NCBI GenBank assembly: GCA_002692965.1
Contig: NZNC01000011.1
Location: forward strand, 39,330-103,329
DNA from: Haliea sp.
Lineage (GTDB): Bacteria > Pseudomonadota > Gammaproteobacteria > Pseudomonadales > Halieaceae
DNA length: 64,000 bases
Reading direction: 5' to 3'
Shown here in pieces: positions 27,485 to 38,632 of the stretch. Numbering within the stretch: position 1 is the first letter of the stretch; each line of letters starts with the position of its first letter. The translations under genes were made by a program, and so were the position numbers. The notes beneath the pieces are model-generated. The model was not told where the DNA came from. It saw only the letters and a list, made by a program, of their open reading frames with translations, and did not search any database.

Positions 27485-28351
27485 TCAGGGCTTCCGGCTC
27501 AGGCTGCCGGAACCGATGATGCGCTGCTCCAGCTGTGGCTCTCCGCGGTAGACCACATCACCGCTGCCCAAAATATTCGCCTCCAGCGCTTCCAGCACGC
27601 CCAGGCTAACCTCCCCGGAACCAATAATATTGACCTCGGCATTGGTGCCATCCAGCCCGCGCAAGTCTGCGTCACCGGAACCCAGCACATTGACATCCAG
27701 TCGATCCGACCAACCCGCTTCCGTGACTGCAATGTCACCGGAGCCATTGATGGTCGCGCGCAACCACCGCGCCTGCACCTCCCCAAGCATCAGGTCACCG
27801 GAGCCTGCCAGCGACAGCTGCAAGTCGTCGACCTGCAGGCGCGCCACATGCAGATCACCGCTGCCGCGCAGGCTGAACTCTGCGCGCTCGGCGGTAAGCT
27901 CAAACAGACGTAGGTCGGCCGAACCCTCCAGCGTCACGCGCAGCAGCGCTGTCTCCAGTGGGCGCAAGTAAACGTCGGCGGAACCCAGAACCTGCAGAGC
28001 CTCCAGGGACGGCAGGGTCAGGCGATATTGGATACCACCGATGTTGCGCTCGGGCGCCTCGGCCGAGCGCCCCAGCACCAGGGTGTTTTCCGAACGGTAG
28101 AAGGGGGGCGGCGACAGGCGGCTTTCCTCGCCGCGAAACAGCAGTTCCGCCTCCGGGCCCTGGCTAATCTCGACCTCCACAGCGCCGAAAATCTGCACGC
28201 TCTGAACGCCCGCGAGGCCCTGGACACGGCGGGTTTCCGCCGCACTGGGCAGCGCCAGAAGCAGGCCCGCCAGGCAGAGCGCCAGCGCGGTCGACAAGCG
28301 GCCGCCGACGCCCGCGGGAAAATGCTGACGCGGATAGGGAGCTGAAGCCAT
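27485..28351 (-). CDS. Secreted DUF2807-like (adhesin-head GIN-type) repeat protein
   Basis: 288-aa ORF with a signal-like N-terminus and about seven periodic GSGD/GSAD repeats roughly 20 aa apart. The family call is from the repeat pattern only. Confidence 0.6.
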   Translation of the reverse strand: MASAPYPRQHFPAGVGGRLSTALALCLAGLLLALPSAAETRRVQGLAGVQSVQIFGAVEVEISQGPEAELLFRGEESRLSPPPFYRSENTLVLGRSAEAPERNIGGIQYRLTLPSLEALQVLGSADVYLRPLETALLRVTLEGSADLRLFELTAERAEFSLRGSGDLHVARLQVDDLQLSLAGSGDLMLGEVQARWLRATINGSGDIAVTEAGWSDRLDVNVLGSGDADLRGLDGTNAEVNIIGSGEVSLGVLEALEANILGSGDVVYRGEPQLEQRIIGSGSLSRKP

Positions 28352-28393
28352 GACATCACCCCGTTGCTATGGTGTTATATTAAACTATATCAC

Positions 28394-28774
28394 CTAAGCC
28401 GGGTAATGCAAGGTCTTCTGCATGTTGCCGGCGATGGCGTGGGCAAGACGACGAGCGCGTTCGGTGTTGGAACCCGCAAAACCCGCGTCGAGCGCCGCAT
28501 CAAAATGCGACAGCCAGCGCTGGAAGTCGGCGTCGGTCAAGGGGCGGCGGGCATGCAGACGGCGGTGGATGTTCATCGTGTGGCGCTGATAGCCGCGCTC
28601 CCCCAGCAGCAACTTGCACCAGTAATCCTTGATATGCGGGAGGTGCACATCGAGATCGATCCTGGCCACGTCGAAGAAGATGGGCGCCATTTCCGGGTCC
28701 TTCAGCAGGCGGGCATAGAACTGGTCGACAAAGGCTTCGACCCGGGGGCGAGTGTCAAGATCCGGCCTCGGCAT
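28394..28774 (-). CDS. Group III truncated haemoglobin
   Basis: 126-aa ORF with FVDQFYARLLKDPEMAPIF ... YWCKLLLGERGYQRHTMNIH. The pattern resembles Ctb-type globins. Confidence 0.7.
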   Translation of the reverse strand: MPRPDLDTRPRVEAFVDQFYARLLKDPEMAPIFFDVARIDLDVHLPHIKDYWCKLLLGERGYQRHTMNIHRRLHARRPLTDADFQRWLSHFDAALDAGFAGSNTERARRLAHAIAGNMQKTLHYPA

Positions 28775-28787
28775 GGCTCTCCGCCGC

Positions 28788-30200
28788 CTAGCGCTTCTTC
28801 TTTTGCTGCTTCACGTGGGCCATCATCCGCCGCTTGCGCTGCACCTGTCGCTGGGTGAGCTTGTTACGGCGGTCGGCGTAGGGGTTTTCCCCGGTGCGAA
28901 ACTCGATGCGCACCGGCGTGCCCGTGAGCTGCAACTCGCGCCGGTAGACATTTTCCAGGTAGCGCTGATAGCTGTTGGGCACATTGCCGGTCTGGTTGCC
29001 GTGGATCACGATCAGCGGCGGGTTCTGGCCACCGGCATGGGCGTAGCGCAGCTTGATCCGGCGCCCGTTGACCATGGGGGGCGGATGGCTGTGCACCGCG
29101 CCCTCCAGAATCCGTGTCAGGTGATTGGTGGACAGCTTGCGGGTGGCGGAGCGATGCGCCGCCAGGATGGACCGGTACAGGTGGCCGACACCACTGCCGT
29201 GCAGCGCAGAGATGAAATGCGTGTCGGCGTAGTCGACAAACTGCAGACGGCGCTGCAGCTCACTGCGGATCCAGTCCCGCTGGTCCGCCTCGATGCCGTC
29301 CCACTTGTTCACCGCCATCACCAGGCCGCGACCCGCCTCGATGCAGTGACCCAGCAGGTGCATGTCCTGGTCGACAATGCCCTCGTGGGCATTCATCACC
29401 AACACCACCACGTGGGCATCGTCGACCGCCTTGAGGGTCTTGACGATGGAGAACTTCTCCACCACTTCGCGCACGTTCTTGCGCCGACGCACGCCCGCGG
29501 TGTCAATCAGGGTGTACTGCTGCCCGTCTCGCTCGTAGTCGATGTAGATGCTGTCGCGGGTCGTGCCGGGCTGGTCGAAAACCACCACCCGCTCCTCGCC
29601 CAACAGGCGGTTGACCAGGGTGGACTTGCCCACATTGGGCCGCCCCACCACGGCCACGCGGATACTGTCGCTGCGGTCGACACCGTCGATTTCCTCGCCT
29701 GGCTGATCCGCGGGAAACGGCGCCAGCACTGACTCGAGCATGCTGCGCACGCCGCGACCGTGGGTGGCGGCGATACCAAACAGCGTGTCCATGCCCAGGC
29801 GGTAGAACTCCCCGAGAGCCACCTCCTCCTGTAAGCCGTCAACCTTGTTGACCACCACCTGGAAGGGCTTGTTGCGCTGGCGCAGATGCCGCGCCAGGGA
29901 CTCGTCGCCGGGGTTAAGCCCCTCGCGCGCGTCGACCATCAGCAGGACAATGTCCGCCTCCTCGATCGCCTGCAGGGACTGACCTGCCATCTGGGCGTCG
30001 ATCCCCGCCTCGTCACCACTGATACCACCGGTATCGATGACCACGAAGGGCCGCTCGCCCAGACGGCCTTCGCCGTACTTGCGATCGCGGGTCAGCCCGG
30101 CAAAGTCGGCAACCAGTGCGTCGCGGCTGCGGGTCAGCTGGTTGAACAGCGTCGATTTACCGACGTTCGGGCGCCCGACCAGGGCGATAACCGGAAGCAT
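28788..30200 (-). CDS. der: Ribosome-associated GTPase Der (EngA)
   Basis: 470-aa ORF with two G-domains ([10 protein letters not shown] twice) and a basic C-terminal tail. Confidence 0.95.
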   Translation of the reverse strand: MLPVIALVGRPNVGKSTLFNQLTRSRDALVADFAGLTRDRKYGEGRLGERPFVVIDTGGISGDEAGIDAQMAGQSLQAIEEADIVLLMVDAREGLNPGDESLARHLRQRNKPFQVVVNKVDGLQEEVALGEFYRLGMDTLFGIAATHGRGVRSMLESVLAPFPADQPGEEIDGVDRSDSIRVAVVGRPNVGKSTLVNRLLGEERVVVFDQPGTTRDSIYIDYERDGQQYTLIDTAGVRRRKNVREVVEKFSIVKTLKAVDDAHVVVLVMNAHEGIVDQDMHLLGHCIEAGRGLVMAVNKWDGIEADQRDWIRSELQRRLQFVDYADTHFISALHGSGVGHLYRSILAAHRSATRKLSTNHLTRILEGAVHSHPPPMVNGRRIKLRYAHAGGQNPPLIVIHGNQTGNVPNSYQRYLENVYRRELQLTGTPVRIEFRTGENPYADRRNKLTQRQVQRKRRMMAHVKQQKKKR

Positions 30201-30211
30201 GGGTGTTTTGA

Positions 30212-31393
30212 CTACCTCGCGCGAATTTCGTAGGCCGCCAGCTTGCCGCTGTTGCCATAGACATAAAGGATGTTCCCGTCGCTCAACATGTCAGCGCGGA
30301 CACCATCCCCGTCAACCTTGATGCGCCCGACGAACTCGCCGTCGACCTGGGACAGCAGGTGCACGTAGCCCTCGAAATCTGCCACCGCCAGATAGCTGCT
30401 CACCGGCACCGGCCGGCCCAGCCCACGCCAGGCGAGCGCATCCTGACGCCAGCGCAGGCCCTGGCCATTGCGCAGCCAGGCAAGCACGCTGCCATCCTCG
30501 TCCGCCACATAAACGTTGCCAAACCCGGTTGATACGCCGGACACCGAGGAGACTGCCTGCTGCCACAGCTTGCGACCACTGCTGGCCTCCATCGCCACCA
30601 GGTTGCCCTGGTAGCTGGCGGCATACAGGTCGCCACCGGCCAGGGCCATGCTGCCGTCGATATCGACAATTCGCTCGATCTCGGAGCGGCCCTGGGCAAT
30701 CGCCACCCGGGCCTCCCACTGCACCGCGCCCGTGGCCACATCCAGCGCCAGCACCCGACCAGTGGCAAAGCCCACAAATACGAGGTTGTCACGCAGGATC
30801 GGAGTACTGGTGCCGCGTATGGTCAATACCGGCATGTTGCTGTCGTGGGTCCACAGCCGCTTGCCACTGGCAAAATCGAGGCCGTGGAGTTTGCCATCGT
30901 AGGTCTGCGCCACCACCACGCGTCCGTTGGACTGCGGCGGCGCCAGCACCTCACTGCTCACCGGCACCTGCCAGATCAGCTCGCCACTGTCAGCGGAGAG
31001 ACGCAGCACCGAGCCGTCGGCGCCACCCAGGAAGAGATCACCACTGTAGTGACCCACGCCCCCGGAAAGTCCCCGGTCCAATTCGCGCTCCCACAGACGC
31101 TTGCCGTTACTGCGCTGCAGCGCCTGCACCTCCCCGTCGGCGGAGGCGACGTAGAGCCTGTCGCCGGCAATCACCGGCTCTAGCGCGTAGCGGCCCTCGC
31201 CCTGCCCGTCGCCAACCCCCGTCGACCAGCGCCGGGACACCTTCACCGACTCGTCGATATCCTGCAGCTCCGCGGGCTGCCGGGGATCTTCATCATCGTC
31301 GACACTGAACCAGCCACCGATCGTGCTGCACCCGGACAACAGGCCCAGCGCCAGGATAAAACAACCGTTCCGCCACACCGCCTTGCTCATCAT
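30212..31393 (-). CDS. bamB: Outer-membrane protein assembly factor BamB
   Basis: 393-aa ORF with lipobox LLSGCS and PQQ-like beta-propeller repeats. It sits in der-bamB-yfgM synteny. Confidence 0.9.
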   Translation of the reverse strand: MMSKAVWRNGCFILALGLLSGCSTIGGWFSVDDDEDPRQPAELQDIDESVKVSRRWSTGVGDGQGEGRYALEPVIAGDRLYVASADGEVQALQRSNGKRLWERELDRGLSGGVGHYSGDLFLGGADGSVLRLSADSGELIWQVPVSSEVLAPPQSNGRVVVAQTYDGKLHGLDFASGKRLWTHDSNMPVLTIRGTSTPILRDNLVFVGFATGRVLALDVATGAVQWEARVAIAQGRSEIERIVDIDGSMALAGGDLYAASYQGNLVAMEASSGRKLWQQAVSSVSGVSTGFGNVYVADEDGSVLAWLRNGQGLRWRQDALAWRGLGRPVPVSSYLAVADFEGYVHLLSQVDGEFVGRIKVDGDGVRADMLSDGNILYVYGNSGKLAAYEIRAR

Positions 31394-32064
31394 TCCGCCT
31401 CCTGCTCTGTATCCAGACCCGCGGAGAGCAGCTGCAGCTTGGCTGCCAGGGTGTCGACCTGCAACTGGCCGGGGTATTCGGACAGCAGGGCCTGCGCTTC
31501 CCGGTAGGCCGCGAGCGCCTCTGCCTCGCGCTGTGCCTGCAACAGGACATCGCCCCGAGCCAGGGCCGTGGCGGCCCGATAGTAGCCAGTGCCTGACTGC
31601 AACAAAGTCAGCGCCTCATCGGTCTGACCGCGGTCGGCGAGTACCCTGGCCAGACGTAACTGGGCGACCTGATGGATATCGCTGCCGGTATCCGCCCGGG
31701 AGAGTACCCAGCGCAAGTCACCTTCCGCCTCGGCGGAGCGCCCCGCGGCCACCGCAACACGGGCCTCGTGCAGGGCGGCAAACTGGGCATAACTGCTGCG
31801 CGGAAACTGCTCGCGCAGGGTCGCGGCCAGCTCCTGGAAACGCCCGGCCTCGGCCCCCTCCTCCACGGCGGCGGCAGACTCCATCAACTGGGTAAACAGG
31901 GTCGAGGCTTCAGCCGCCTGGCTTTCCTGGTAGCGCTGCCAGCCCTGCCAGCCAAACGCTGCGGACAAGGCCACCGCGACTGCAATCACGGTACTGCGAC
32001 CGTTCTCCTGCCACCAGCGCTTGAGCGCTTCTACCTGTTCTTCCTCGGTACGATATGCTTCCAC
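31390..32064 (-). CDS. yfgM: YfgM-family membrane-anchored TPR-like protein
   Basis: 224-aa ORF starting MEAYRTEEEQVEALKRWWQENG, followed by a TM segment. Its position between hisS and bamB is conserved. Confidence 0.8.
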   Translation of the reverse strand: MEAYRTEEEQVEALKRWWQENGRSTVIAVAVALSAAFGWQGWQRYQESQAAEASTLFTQLMESAAAVEEGAEAGRFQELAATLREQFPRSSYAQFAALHEARVAVAAGRSAEAEGDLRWVLSRADTGSDIHQVAQLRLARVLADRGQTDEALTLLQSGTGYYRAATALARGDVLLQAQREAEALAAYREAQALLSEYPGQLQVDTLAAKLQLLSAGLDTEQEAE

Positions 32065-32100
32065 TGCGGGATTTCCTGTGTTGTTTATCGGTTTCCGAAC

Positions 32101-33378
32101 CTAGGAGGCCCGGTTCAGGCCCGCCAGCTCGTCGACGAGCTGCGTGACCGGCAGCTGCCGCTGCTCGCCCTCGCCGCGCAGGGCCTTGAGGGTAACCACA
32201 CCATTGGCGACCTCATCGTCACCCCAGATGAGGGCATAATCGGCACCGCTGCGGTCGGCCCGCTTCATCTGGCTGCGGAAACTGCCGCCGCCCGTATGCT
32301 GCACAATATGCAGGTCAGGCAGGGCGTCCCGAAGACGGGCCAGGCTGGCAAAGGCGGCACTTGTGGCCGCCTCGCCGACACACACCGCGTAAACCTGTGC
32401 CCGGGCGGCATCCTGCACTGCAATGCCGGCCGCCTGCAACAGCAACACCAGACGCTCCACCCCCATGGCAAACCCGATGCCCGGGGTGGGCTTGCCGCCC
32501 AGCTGTTCCACCAGGCTGTCGTAGCGTCCGCCGGCGCAGACCGTGCCCTGGGCACCGAGGCTATCGGTGACCCACTCGAACACGGTCTTGTTGTAGTAGT
32601 CGAGGCCGCGCACCAGGCGGGGGTTAATCACGTAGGGTATCCCCGCAGCATCGAGCAACTCGGTCAAGCGCTCAAAATCGGCGCGCGATTCGCCGTCGAG
32701 GAAATCCGCCAGCGCCGGCGCACCGGCAAGAATCTCCTGCGTCGTCGGGTTCTTGCTGTCCAGAATGCGCAGCGGATTGCTTTCCAGACGCCGTTGACTG
32801 TCGGCATCCAGCGCCTCGCGGTGGCCGTCCAGGTAGGTCACCAGTGCCTCGCGGTAAGCCTGACGCGCCGCACTGCTGCCGATGCTGTTCAGCTCCAGGC
32901 GCACGTGCGACGCCAAGCCCAGCCGCTGCCACAGTCGCGCGCTCATGGCGATCAACTCGGCATCCATGTCCGGGGTGGCGACCCCGAAGGCCTCCACACC
33001 TATCTGATGAAACTGGCGTTGGCGACCCTTCTGCGGGCGCTCGTAGCGAAACATGGGGCCGCTGTACCAGAGCCGCTGGCTGGTGCCCAGCAGGCCGTTC
33101 TGGATCACCGCGCGTACGCATCCCGCGGTACCTTCCGGGCGCAGGGTCAGACTCTCGCCGTTGCGGTCCTCGAAGGTATACATTTCCTTTTCGACGATGT
33201 CGGTAACCTCGCCGATGGAGCGGCGAAACAGCGCCGTCAACTCAACCAGCGGCAGGCGCACTTCAGCGTAGCCATGACTGGCCAGCAGAGCGCGCACCTG
33301 GGCCTCCAGGAACTGCCAATAACAACTTTCCTCCGGAAGAATGTCGGACATTCCCCGGATGGCTCGGATACTGCTCAC
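32101..33378 (-). CDS. hisS: Histidine--tRNA ligase
   Basis: ORF track 32101..33408. I prefer GTG 33378 ([17 protein letters not shown]), which has an AGGAGA RBS 5-6 nt upstream. It aligns with the E. coli HisS N-terminus. Confidence 0.92.
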   Translation of the reverse strand: MSSIRAIRGMSDILPEESCYWQFLEAQVRALLASHGYAEVRLPLVELTALFRRSIGEVTDIVEKEMYTFEDRNGESLTLRPEGTAGCVRAVIQNGLLGTSQRLWYSGPMFRYERPQKGRQRQFHQIGVEAFGVATPDMDAELIAMSARLWQRLGLASHVRLELNSIGSSAARQAYREALVTYLDGHREALDADSQRRLESNPLRILDSKNPTTQEILAGAPALADFLDGESRADFERLTELLDAAGIPYVINPRLVRGLDYYNKTVFEWVTDSLGAQGTVCAGGRYDSLVEQLGGKPTPGIGFAMGVERLVLLLQAAGIAVQDAARAQVYAVCVGEAATSAAFASLARLRDALPDLHIVQHTGGGSFRSQMKRADRSGADYALIWGDDEVANGVVTLKALRGEGEQRQLPVTQLVDELAGLNRAS

Positions 33379-33400
33379 CTGCTCTCCTGTCTGTTTTCTG

Positions 33401-34531
33401 TCAGGCACGGGAGCTGGCGATCAGCCGCTCGTCCTGTTCGCTGTTCCGCGCCTCGATGGCCGCTGCACGCTCCCGGATCACCGCTTCCAGGTGATCGACG
33501 AAGTCGCGATTGCTGACCTTGTGATCGGGCTCGCCATTAATGTAAATGAGGTTGTTCGGGCTGGCACCGGTCAGGCCCACGTCAGCCTCGCGGGCTTCGC
33601 CCGGGCCGTTGACGATGCAGCCAATGACCGCCACGTCCATCGGCGTGCGGATATCCTCGAGCCGCTGCTCCAGGGCATTCATGGTGCCGATGACGTCGAA
33701 ATTCTGCCGCGAGCAGCTCGGGCAGGCGATGAAGTTGATGCCATTGCTGCGCAGCTTCAGACTCTTGAGAATCTCGAAGCCAACTTTGACCTCTTCCACC
33801 GGGTCCGCGGCCAGAGAGATGCGCAGGGTATCGCCGATACCGTCCCGCAGCAGCATGCCCAGACCCACCGCGGACTTCACGGTACCCCCGCGCAAGCCGC
33901 CGGCCTCGGTGATACCCAGGTGCAGGGGCTGCTCGATCTGGCGCGCCAGCAGGCGGTAGGCGTCAACGGCCATGAAGACATCCGAGGCCTTCACGCTGAC
34001 CTTGAAATCGGGGTAGTTGAAGCGGTCGAGAATATCCACGTGGCGCAGGGCCGACTCCACCAGGGCCTCGGCGGTGGGCTCGGGATACTTGCGCAACAGC
34101 TCCTTCCCCAGCGAACCGGCGTTGACCCCGATGCGGATGGGAATGCCCCGGTCCCGGGCGCTGTCGATCACCGCGCGCACTTTCTGGTCATTGCCGATGT
34201 TGCCCGGGTTGATACGCAGGCAGTCGACACCGTATTCCGCCACTTTCAGGGCGATCTTGTGGTCGAAGTGGATGTCCGCCACCAGGGGGACGTCGACCTG
34301 CTCGCGAATGCGCCGAAAAGCCTCGGCGGCCTCCATGCTGGGCACCGAGATGCGCACGATATCGGCACCGGCCGACTGGATCGCCCGCACCTGGGCCACG
34401 GTCGCCTCGACATCGCAGGTCTCGGTGTTGGTCATGCTCTGCACACTGATCGGCGCATCCCCGCCGACCGGTACGCGACCGACAAAGATCTTGCGGCTCT
34501 TGCGGCGCACTATGGGTGATGCCTGCTGCAT
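33401..34531 (-). CDS. ispG: 4-hydroxy-3-methylbut-2-en-1-yl diphosphate synthase
   Basis: 376-aa ORF containing [10 protein letters not shown] and CPSCSRQ. Confidence 0.95.
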   Translation of the reverse strand: MQQASPIVRRKSRKIFVGRVPVGGDAPISVQSMTNTETCDVEATVAQVRAIQSAGADIVRISVPSMEAAEAFRRIREQVDVPLVADIHFDHKIALKVAEYGVDCLRINPGNIGNDQKVRAVIDSARDRGIPIRIGVNAGSLGKELLRKYPEPTAEALVESALRHVDILDRFNYPDFKVSVKASDVFMAVDAYRLLARQIEQPLHLGITEAGGLRGGTVKSAVGLGMLLRDGIGDTLRISLAADPVEEVKVGFEILKSLKLRSNGINFIACPSCSRQNFDVIGTMNALEQRLEDIRTPMDVAVIGCIVNGPGEAREADVGLTGASPNNLIYINGEPDHKVSNRDFVDHLEAVIRERAAAIEARNSEQDERLIASSRA

Positions 34532-34533
34532 GA

Positions 34534-34944
34534 CTAGTTACCTCCTACAGTCAGACTGGATTGAAACCACCACAGGCCGAACACCAGCAGCACCAGCACG
34601 GCGAGCCCCAGGGCAATCCCCAGACCGGTCTTCTGCAGCTGCTGGGGCCGCCGCCGCACCCGCGGCGGCGAGGCCGGTGGGCGCACCGCATCGAAAGCCG
34701 CCAGCAGCATTGCCTCGTCCAGCTGCAGCAGGCGCCCGTAGGCACGCACATAGCCCCGGGCAAAGGCGGGGCGACGCAGGCTGGCAAAGTCATCGCGCTC
34801 GATGAAGGTGACATACTCGCGCAGCCAGTTGAGTTGCTGGGCGACTTCCTGGGGCGTCATGCCCCGGGCCTGGCGGGCAGCCTGCAACATGGCGCCGGGC
34901 GAAGGGCGCGACTGGCTGTCGACATACGGCTCTTCACTGCCCAT
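34534..34944 (-). CDS. RodZ-like XRE-HTH protein with a single TM segment; short form (136 aa)
   Basis: ORF track. The HTH reads [31 protein letters not shown], followed by [21 protein letters not shown]. It occupies the syntenic RodZ position between pilW and ispG. Confidence 0.65.
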   Translation of the reverse strand: MGSEEPYVDSQSRPSPGAMLQAARQARGMTPQEVAQQLNWLREYVTFIERDDFASLRRPAFARGYVRAYGRLLQLDEAMLLAAFDAVRPPASPPRVRRRPQQLQKTGLGIALGLAVLVLLVFGLWWFQSSLTVGGN

Positions 34945-35722
34945 CCCGCAACATCCTCTGTAAGGTCCGGTGTTCCGGGGAATCCGGGTACAGGTTGCTC
35001 AGGACAAGGGCGTAGCTGCTCTCGGCATTGCGATCGCCCTGGGCCCTGGCCAGGCGGATGCCGAACAGCAGCCCCCGTGGCGACTGCTGCCTGACCACGA
35101 GGCGGTAAGTGTTGTAGTAGCGGGTGGCATTCGCGATATCCGCCGCTGCCAAACGCAGGATCGCCAGCTCCAGCAGCGCTACGCTGTTGGTGCGGTCCAT
35201 GGCCAGGGCGCGGGTAAAAGCCTCCTCGGCCTTTGCCGGCTTGTCGAGCTGCAGGCGACACAGCCCCAGATTGACGAAGGCGCGGGGACGGGCATTGTAG
35301 AGCGAGTCGGCAACCACCGCCTCAAGCTGTTCCTCTGCTTCGCGGTAGCGACCCTCGGCAAACAGGAAGGCAGCATAGTTGTTGCGAGCGCGGGAGAAGT
35401 CCCGGTCCAGGCGAATGGCCTTGCGGTAGCTCTCCTCCGCCAGCTCTTTCTCGCCCGTGCTCTGGTAGACCAGCGCGAAAGCCTCGTGGACTTCGGCGTT
35501 GCGATCATTGATCTCAGCGGCGTGTTTCAGGTTGCGCTTGGCATTGTCCCAGTCACCCTCGCCAATGTACTTGCGGGCCAGCTCCACCCGCCGCTCCAGG
35601 GCGCGTTCGGGGGACGGGGGATCGGTGAATACCCGCTCGGTAGTCGTCACGCAGCCCGTCAGCCACAGTGCCGGCAACAGCCAGCACCACCACAAGCCTC
35701 GCCACTGCGCTGTCACACTCAC
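34934..35722 (-). CDS. pilW: Type IV pilus biogenesis/stability TPR lipoprotein PilW (PilF)
   Basis: 262-aa ORF with a lipobox (LTGC) and TPR repeats. It is syntenic after rlmN. Confidence 0.8.
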   Translation of the reverse strand: MSVTAQWRGLWWCWLLPALWLTGCVTTTERVFTDPPSPERALERRVELARKYIGEGDWDNAKRNLKHAAEINDRNAEVHEAFALVYQSTGEKELAEESYRKAIRLDRDFSRARNNYAAFLFAEGRYREAEEQLEAVVADSLYNARPRAFVNLGLCRLQLDKPAKAEEAFTRALAMDRTNSVALLELAILRLAAADIANATRYYNTYRLVVRQQSPRGLLFGIRLARAQGDRNAESSYALVLSNLYPDSPEHRTLQRMLRDGQ

Positions 35723-36864
35723 CCTGATGCCACCTCCCCGATGCTCGCCGCCTGGCGGTAGCGCTCGCTGCGCCGCGTGCGATCGACCACCTGACCGACC
35801 AGCTGACCACAGGCGGCGTCGATATCGTCGCCGCGGGTGGTCCGAACCGTGACAATATAGCCTGCATCGACCAGCACTTGCCAGAAACGCGACACAGCGT
35901 TGCCACTGGGGCGGCGATAATCCGAGTTGGGGAAGGGATTGAAGGGAATCAGGTTGATCTTGCAGGGAAAGTCCCGCAGCAATGCGGCCAGCTCCCGGGC
36001 ATGCTCCGGCTGATCGTTGACACCCGCCATCAGCGTGTACTCCACCGTCACCACCCGCTTGGTGTCCGCCTGGGCGTCGATGTAGCGCCGGGCGCTGTCC
36101 AGCAGCCGGGCGATGGGGTACTTGCGATTGATCGGCACCAGCTCATTGCGCAGCGCATCGTTGGATGCGTGCAGGGATATCGCCAGGGACACTTCGCTCA
36201 GCTCGGCCAGGCGATCCAGGGCGGGTACCACACCCGAGGTGCTCAGGGTTACCCGGCGCTTGGAGATACCGTAGCCCAGGTCATCCAGCATGATGTCCAT
36301 GGCCGCCACCACGTTGTCGAAATTCAGCAGGGGCTCGCCCATGCCCATCATCACCACATTGGTCACCACCCTGCCCTTGCCGGACTGGAAGGCGTCGTAG
36401 GACTTGATGGCCAACCACACCTGGCCGATGATTTCCGCGGCGCTGAGGTCGCGCTGGAAACCCTGCTTGCCGGTGGAGCAAAAACTGCAGTCGAGGCTGC
36501 AACCCACCTGGGAGGACACGCACAGGGTGGCGCGGCTGCCATCGGGGATCAGCACCGCCTCGACCAGCCCGCCGCCATCCACGCGGATCGCCCACTTGCG
36601 GGTACCGTCACTGGAGTCGTACTGACTGACGATCTCCGGCGGGCGCACCTCGGCCACGGCCAGCAGTTTTTCACGCAGGGCCTTGCCCAGGTTGGACATG
36701 GCGCCGATGTCGGTGATGCCGGCGTGGTGAATCCATTTCATCACCTGCTGGGCTCTGAACTTCTTCTCCCCCAGCTCGAGGAAGAAAGCTTCCAGCTGCG
36801 CACGGTTCATCCCCAGCAGGTTGACCCTGGCGGTGGTGGAGCTGGCGATAAGATCCGTGCTCAT
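35719..36864 (-). CDS. rlmN: 23S rRNA/tRNA A2503/A37 C2-methyltransferase RlmN (radical SAM)
   Basis: 381-aa ORF with CSLDCSFC radical-SAM cysteines and MGMGEPL. Confidence 0.95.
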   Translation of the reverse strand: MSTDLIASSTTARVNLLGMNRAQLEAFFLELGEKKFRAQQVMKWIHHAGITDIGAMSNLGKALREKLLAVAEVRPPEIVSQYDSSDGTRKWAIRVDGGGLVEAVLIPDGSRATLCVSSQVGCSLDCSFCSTGKQGFQRDLSAAEIIGQVWLAIKSYDAFQSGKGRVVTNVVMMGMGEPLLNFDNVVAAMDIMLDDLGYGISKRRVTLSTSGVVPALDRLAELSEVSLAISLHASNDALRNELVPINRKYPIARLLDSARRYIDAQADTKRVVTVEYTLMAGVNDQPEHARELAALLRDFPCKINLIPFNPFPNSDYRRPSGNAVSRFWQVLVDAGYIVTVRTTRGDDIDAACGQLVGQVVDRTRRSERYRQAASIGEVASG

Positions 36865-36885
36865 GCTGTGACTCCCGGCCCGCGC

Positions 36886-37314
36886 TCAGGCGCGGGCGCA
36901 AATCTCGCTGGCGGCGAAAAAGTAGGCGATCTCGCGTTCGGCGGAGGCCGGCGAATCGGAACCGTGCACCGCATTGGCGTCGATGGACTCGGCGAAATCA
37001 GCGCGGATGGTACCCGCTTCGGCTTCTTTCGGATTGGTTGCTCCCATCAGCTCGCGGTTCCTGGCGATGGCGTTATCACCTTCCAGGACCTGGACCATGA
37101 CCGGACCGGAGGTCATGAATTCGATCAGCGCCGGAAAGAAGGGGCGCTCGCGGTGCTCGGCGTAAAATCCACCCGCCACCTCTTCGCTGAGATGCAGCAT
37201 CTTGGCAGCCACCACCCGCAGCCCCGCGCCCTCAAAACGCGAGTAGATCTGGCCGATGACATTTTTGCCGACGGCATCAGGCTTGACGATGGACAGGGTG
37301 CGTTCTACGGCCAT
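36886..37314 (-). CDS. ndk: Nucleoside-diphosphate kinase
   Basis: 142-aa ORF starting [15 protein letters not shown], with NAVHGSDS. Confidence 0.97.
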   Translation of the reverse strand: MAVERTLSIVKPDAVGKNVIGQIYSRFEGAGLRVVAAKMLHLSEEVAGGFYAEHRERPFFPALIEFMTSGPVMVQVLEGDNAIARNRELMGATNPKEAEAGTIRADFAESIDANAVHGSDSPASAEREIAYFFAASEICARA

Positions 37315-37335
37315 GTAACAATCTCCAGGAAAGAC

Positions 37336-37361
37336 AAAAAAGAGCCCGGGGAGAGCCCCGG
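37336..37361 (-). terminator. Hairpin CCGGGG-ctct-CCCCGG followed by GCTC-TTTTTT (minus strand) downstream of iscS, about 20 nt upstream of the ndk start
   Basis: Read directly: a 6-bp GC stem and a T6 tract on the minus strand. Confidence 0.4.
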
Positions 37362-37478
37362 ATCACGAAGCGCGCGATTATACGGAATTTGCGCCCTGTT
37401 TTCACCCTGAACGCAGCGATAAGCCCGAACACTTCCCCACTGAAATCAATCACTTGGGGAAAAGCGACAATTTCACGG

Positions 37479-38627
37479 TCAGCGCCGCAGGCGCTCGACC
37501 ACCTCCGTCAGATGCGCGGCGGCGCGATCCACCTCGTCGGGGCCGGTAAACCGACCGAAACTGACGCGCAGGGCGCTGTGGGCCAGCGCGTCGGAAACGC
37601 CGATCGCACGCAGTACATGGGAGGGCTCCAGGCTTTCGGAATTACAGGCCGAACCACTGGAGACAGCAAGCTCCGCCAGGGCCGCCAGCAGGCTCTCGCC
37701 GTCCACACCCTCCACGCTCAGATTGACCACGCCGGGCAGGCGTTGTTCCGCGTGACCATTGAAATGCAGCCCCTCAAGGCCGGCGATCGCTGCCAGGAAG
37801 CGCTGGCGCAGTGACGCCAGATGCTCGCTGTCGCGGGACATTTCCTCCGCGGCAATGGCAGCCGCCGCACCCAGGCCGGCGATCTGGTGCGTCGGCAGGG
37901 TGCCGGAACGCATGCCGCGCTCGTGCCCGCCACCGTGCATCTGTGCCGCCAGCTGGGCCCGCGGCTGGCGGCACACCCAGAGCACCCCGATACCCTTGGG
38001 GCCGTAGAACTTGTGACCCGAGACCGAGAGCAAATCGACCGGCAAATCCCGCAGCGACAAGGGCAGCTTGCCCACCGACTGGGCGGCGTCGACATGCAGC
38101 AGGACCCCGGCCTCCCGGGTGATCTCGCCGATAGCAGCGATGTCGTTGATGGTACCCAGCTCATTGTTGACATGCATGACGCTGGCCAGGATCGTATCCG
38201 GCCGCAGGCTTTGCGCGATGGCCTCGGGCTGAATCAGCCCCTGGGCATCGGGCGCCACGTAGGTCACCTCGAAACCGCGGGTTTCCAGCCAGGCACAGCT
38301 GTCGAGAACGGCCTTGTGCTCGATCGCCGTGGTCACGATGTGGCGCCCGCGTGCCTGGTGAAATTCCGCCACGCCCTTGATGGCGAGGTTGTCGGCTTCG
38401 GTCGCACCGGACGTGAACACGATCTCCCGCGGGTCGGCACCCAGCAGGTCGGCGACCTGGCGCCGCCCCTGCTCCACCGCCTGCTCGGCGCGCCAGCCAT
38501 AGACGTGGGAACGGGAGGCGGGATTACCGAACACACCATCCATCCCGAGGTGCTTCGCCATCACTTCGGCGACTCGTGGGTCAACTGGCGTCGTCGCCAG
38601 ATAGTCGAGGTAGACCGGTGATTGCAT
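37479..38627 (-). CDS. iscS: Cysteine desulfurase, IscS/NifS family (382 aa)
   Basis: ORF track. The sequence contains [27 protein letters not shown] (PLP lysine) and SSGSAC (active-site Cys). It lies directly downstream of iscR. Confidence 0.85.
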   Translation of the reverse strand: MQSPVYLDYLATTPVDPRVAEVMAKHLGMDGVFGNPASRSHVYGWRAEQAVEQGRRQVADLLGADPREIVFTSGATEADNLAIKGVAEFHQARGRHIVTTAIEHKAVLDSCAWLETRGFEVTYVAPDAQGLIQPEAIAQSLRPDTILASVMHVNNELGTINDIAAIGEITREAGVLLHVDAAQSVGKLPLSLRDLPVDLLSVSGHKFYGPKGIGVLWVCRQPRAQLAAQMHGGGHERGMRSGTLPTHQIAGLGAAAAIAAEEMSRDSEHLASLRQRFLAAIAGLEGLHFNGHAEQRLPGVVNLSVEGVDGESLLAALAELAVSSGSACNSESLEPSHVLRAIGVSDALAHSALRVSFGRFTGPDEVDRAAAHLTEVVERLRR

Positions 38628-38632
38628 GGTGG

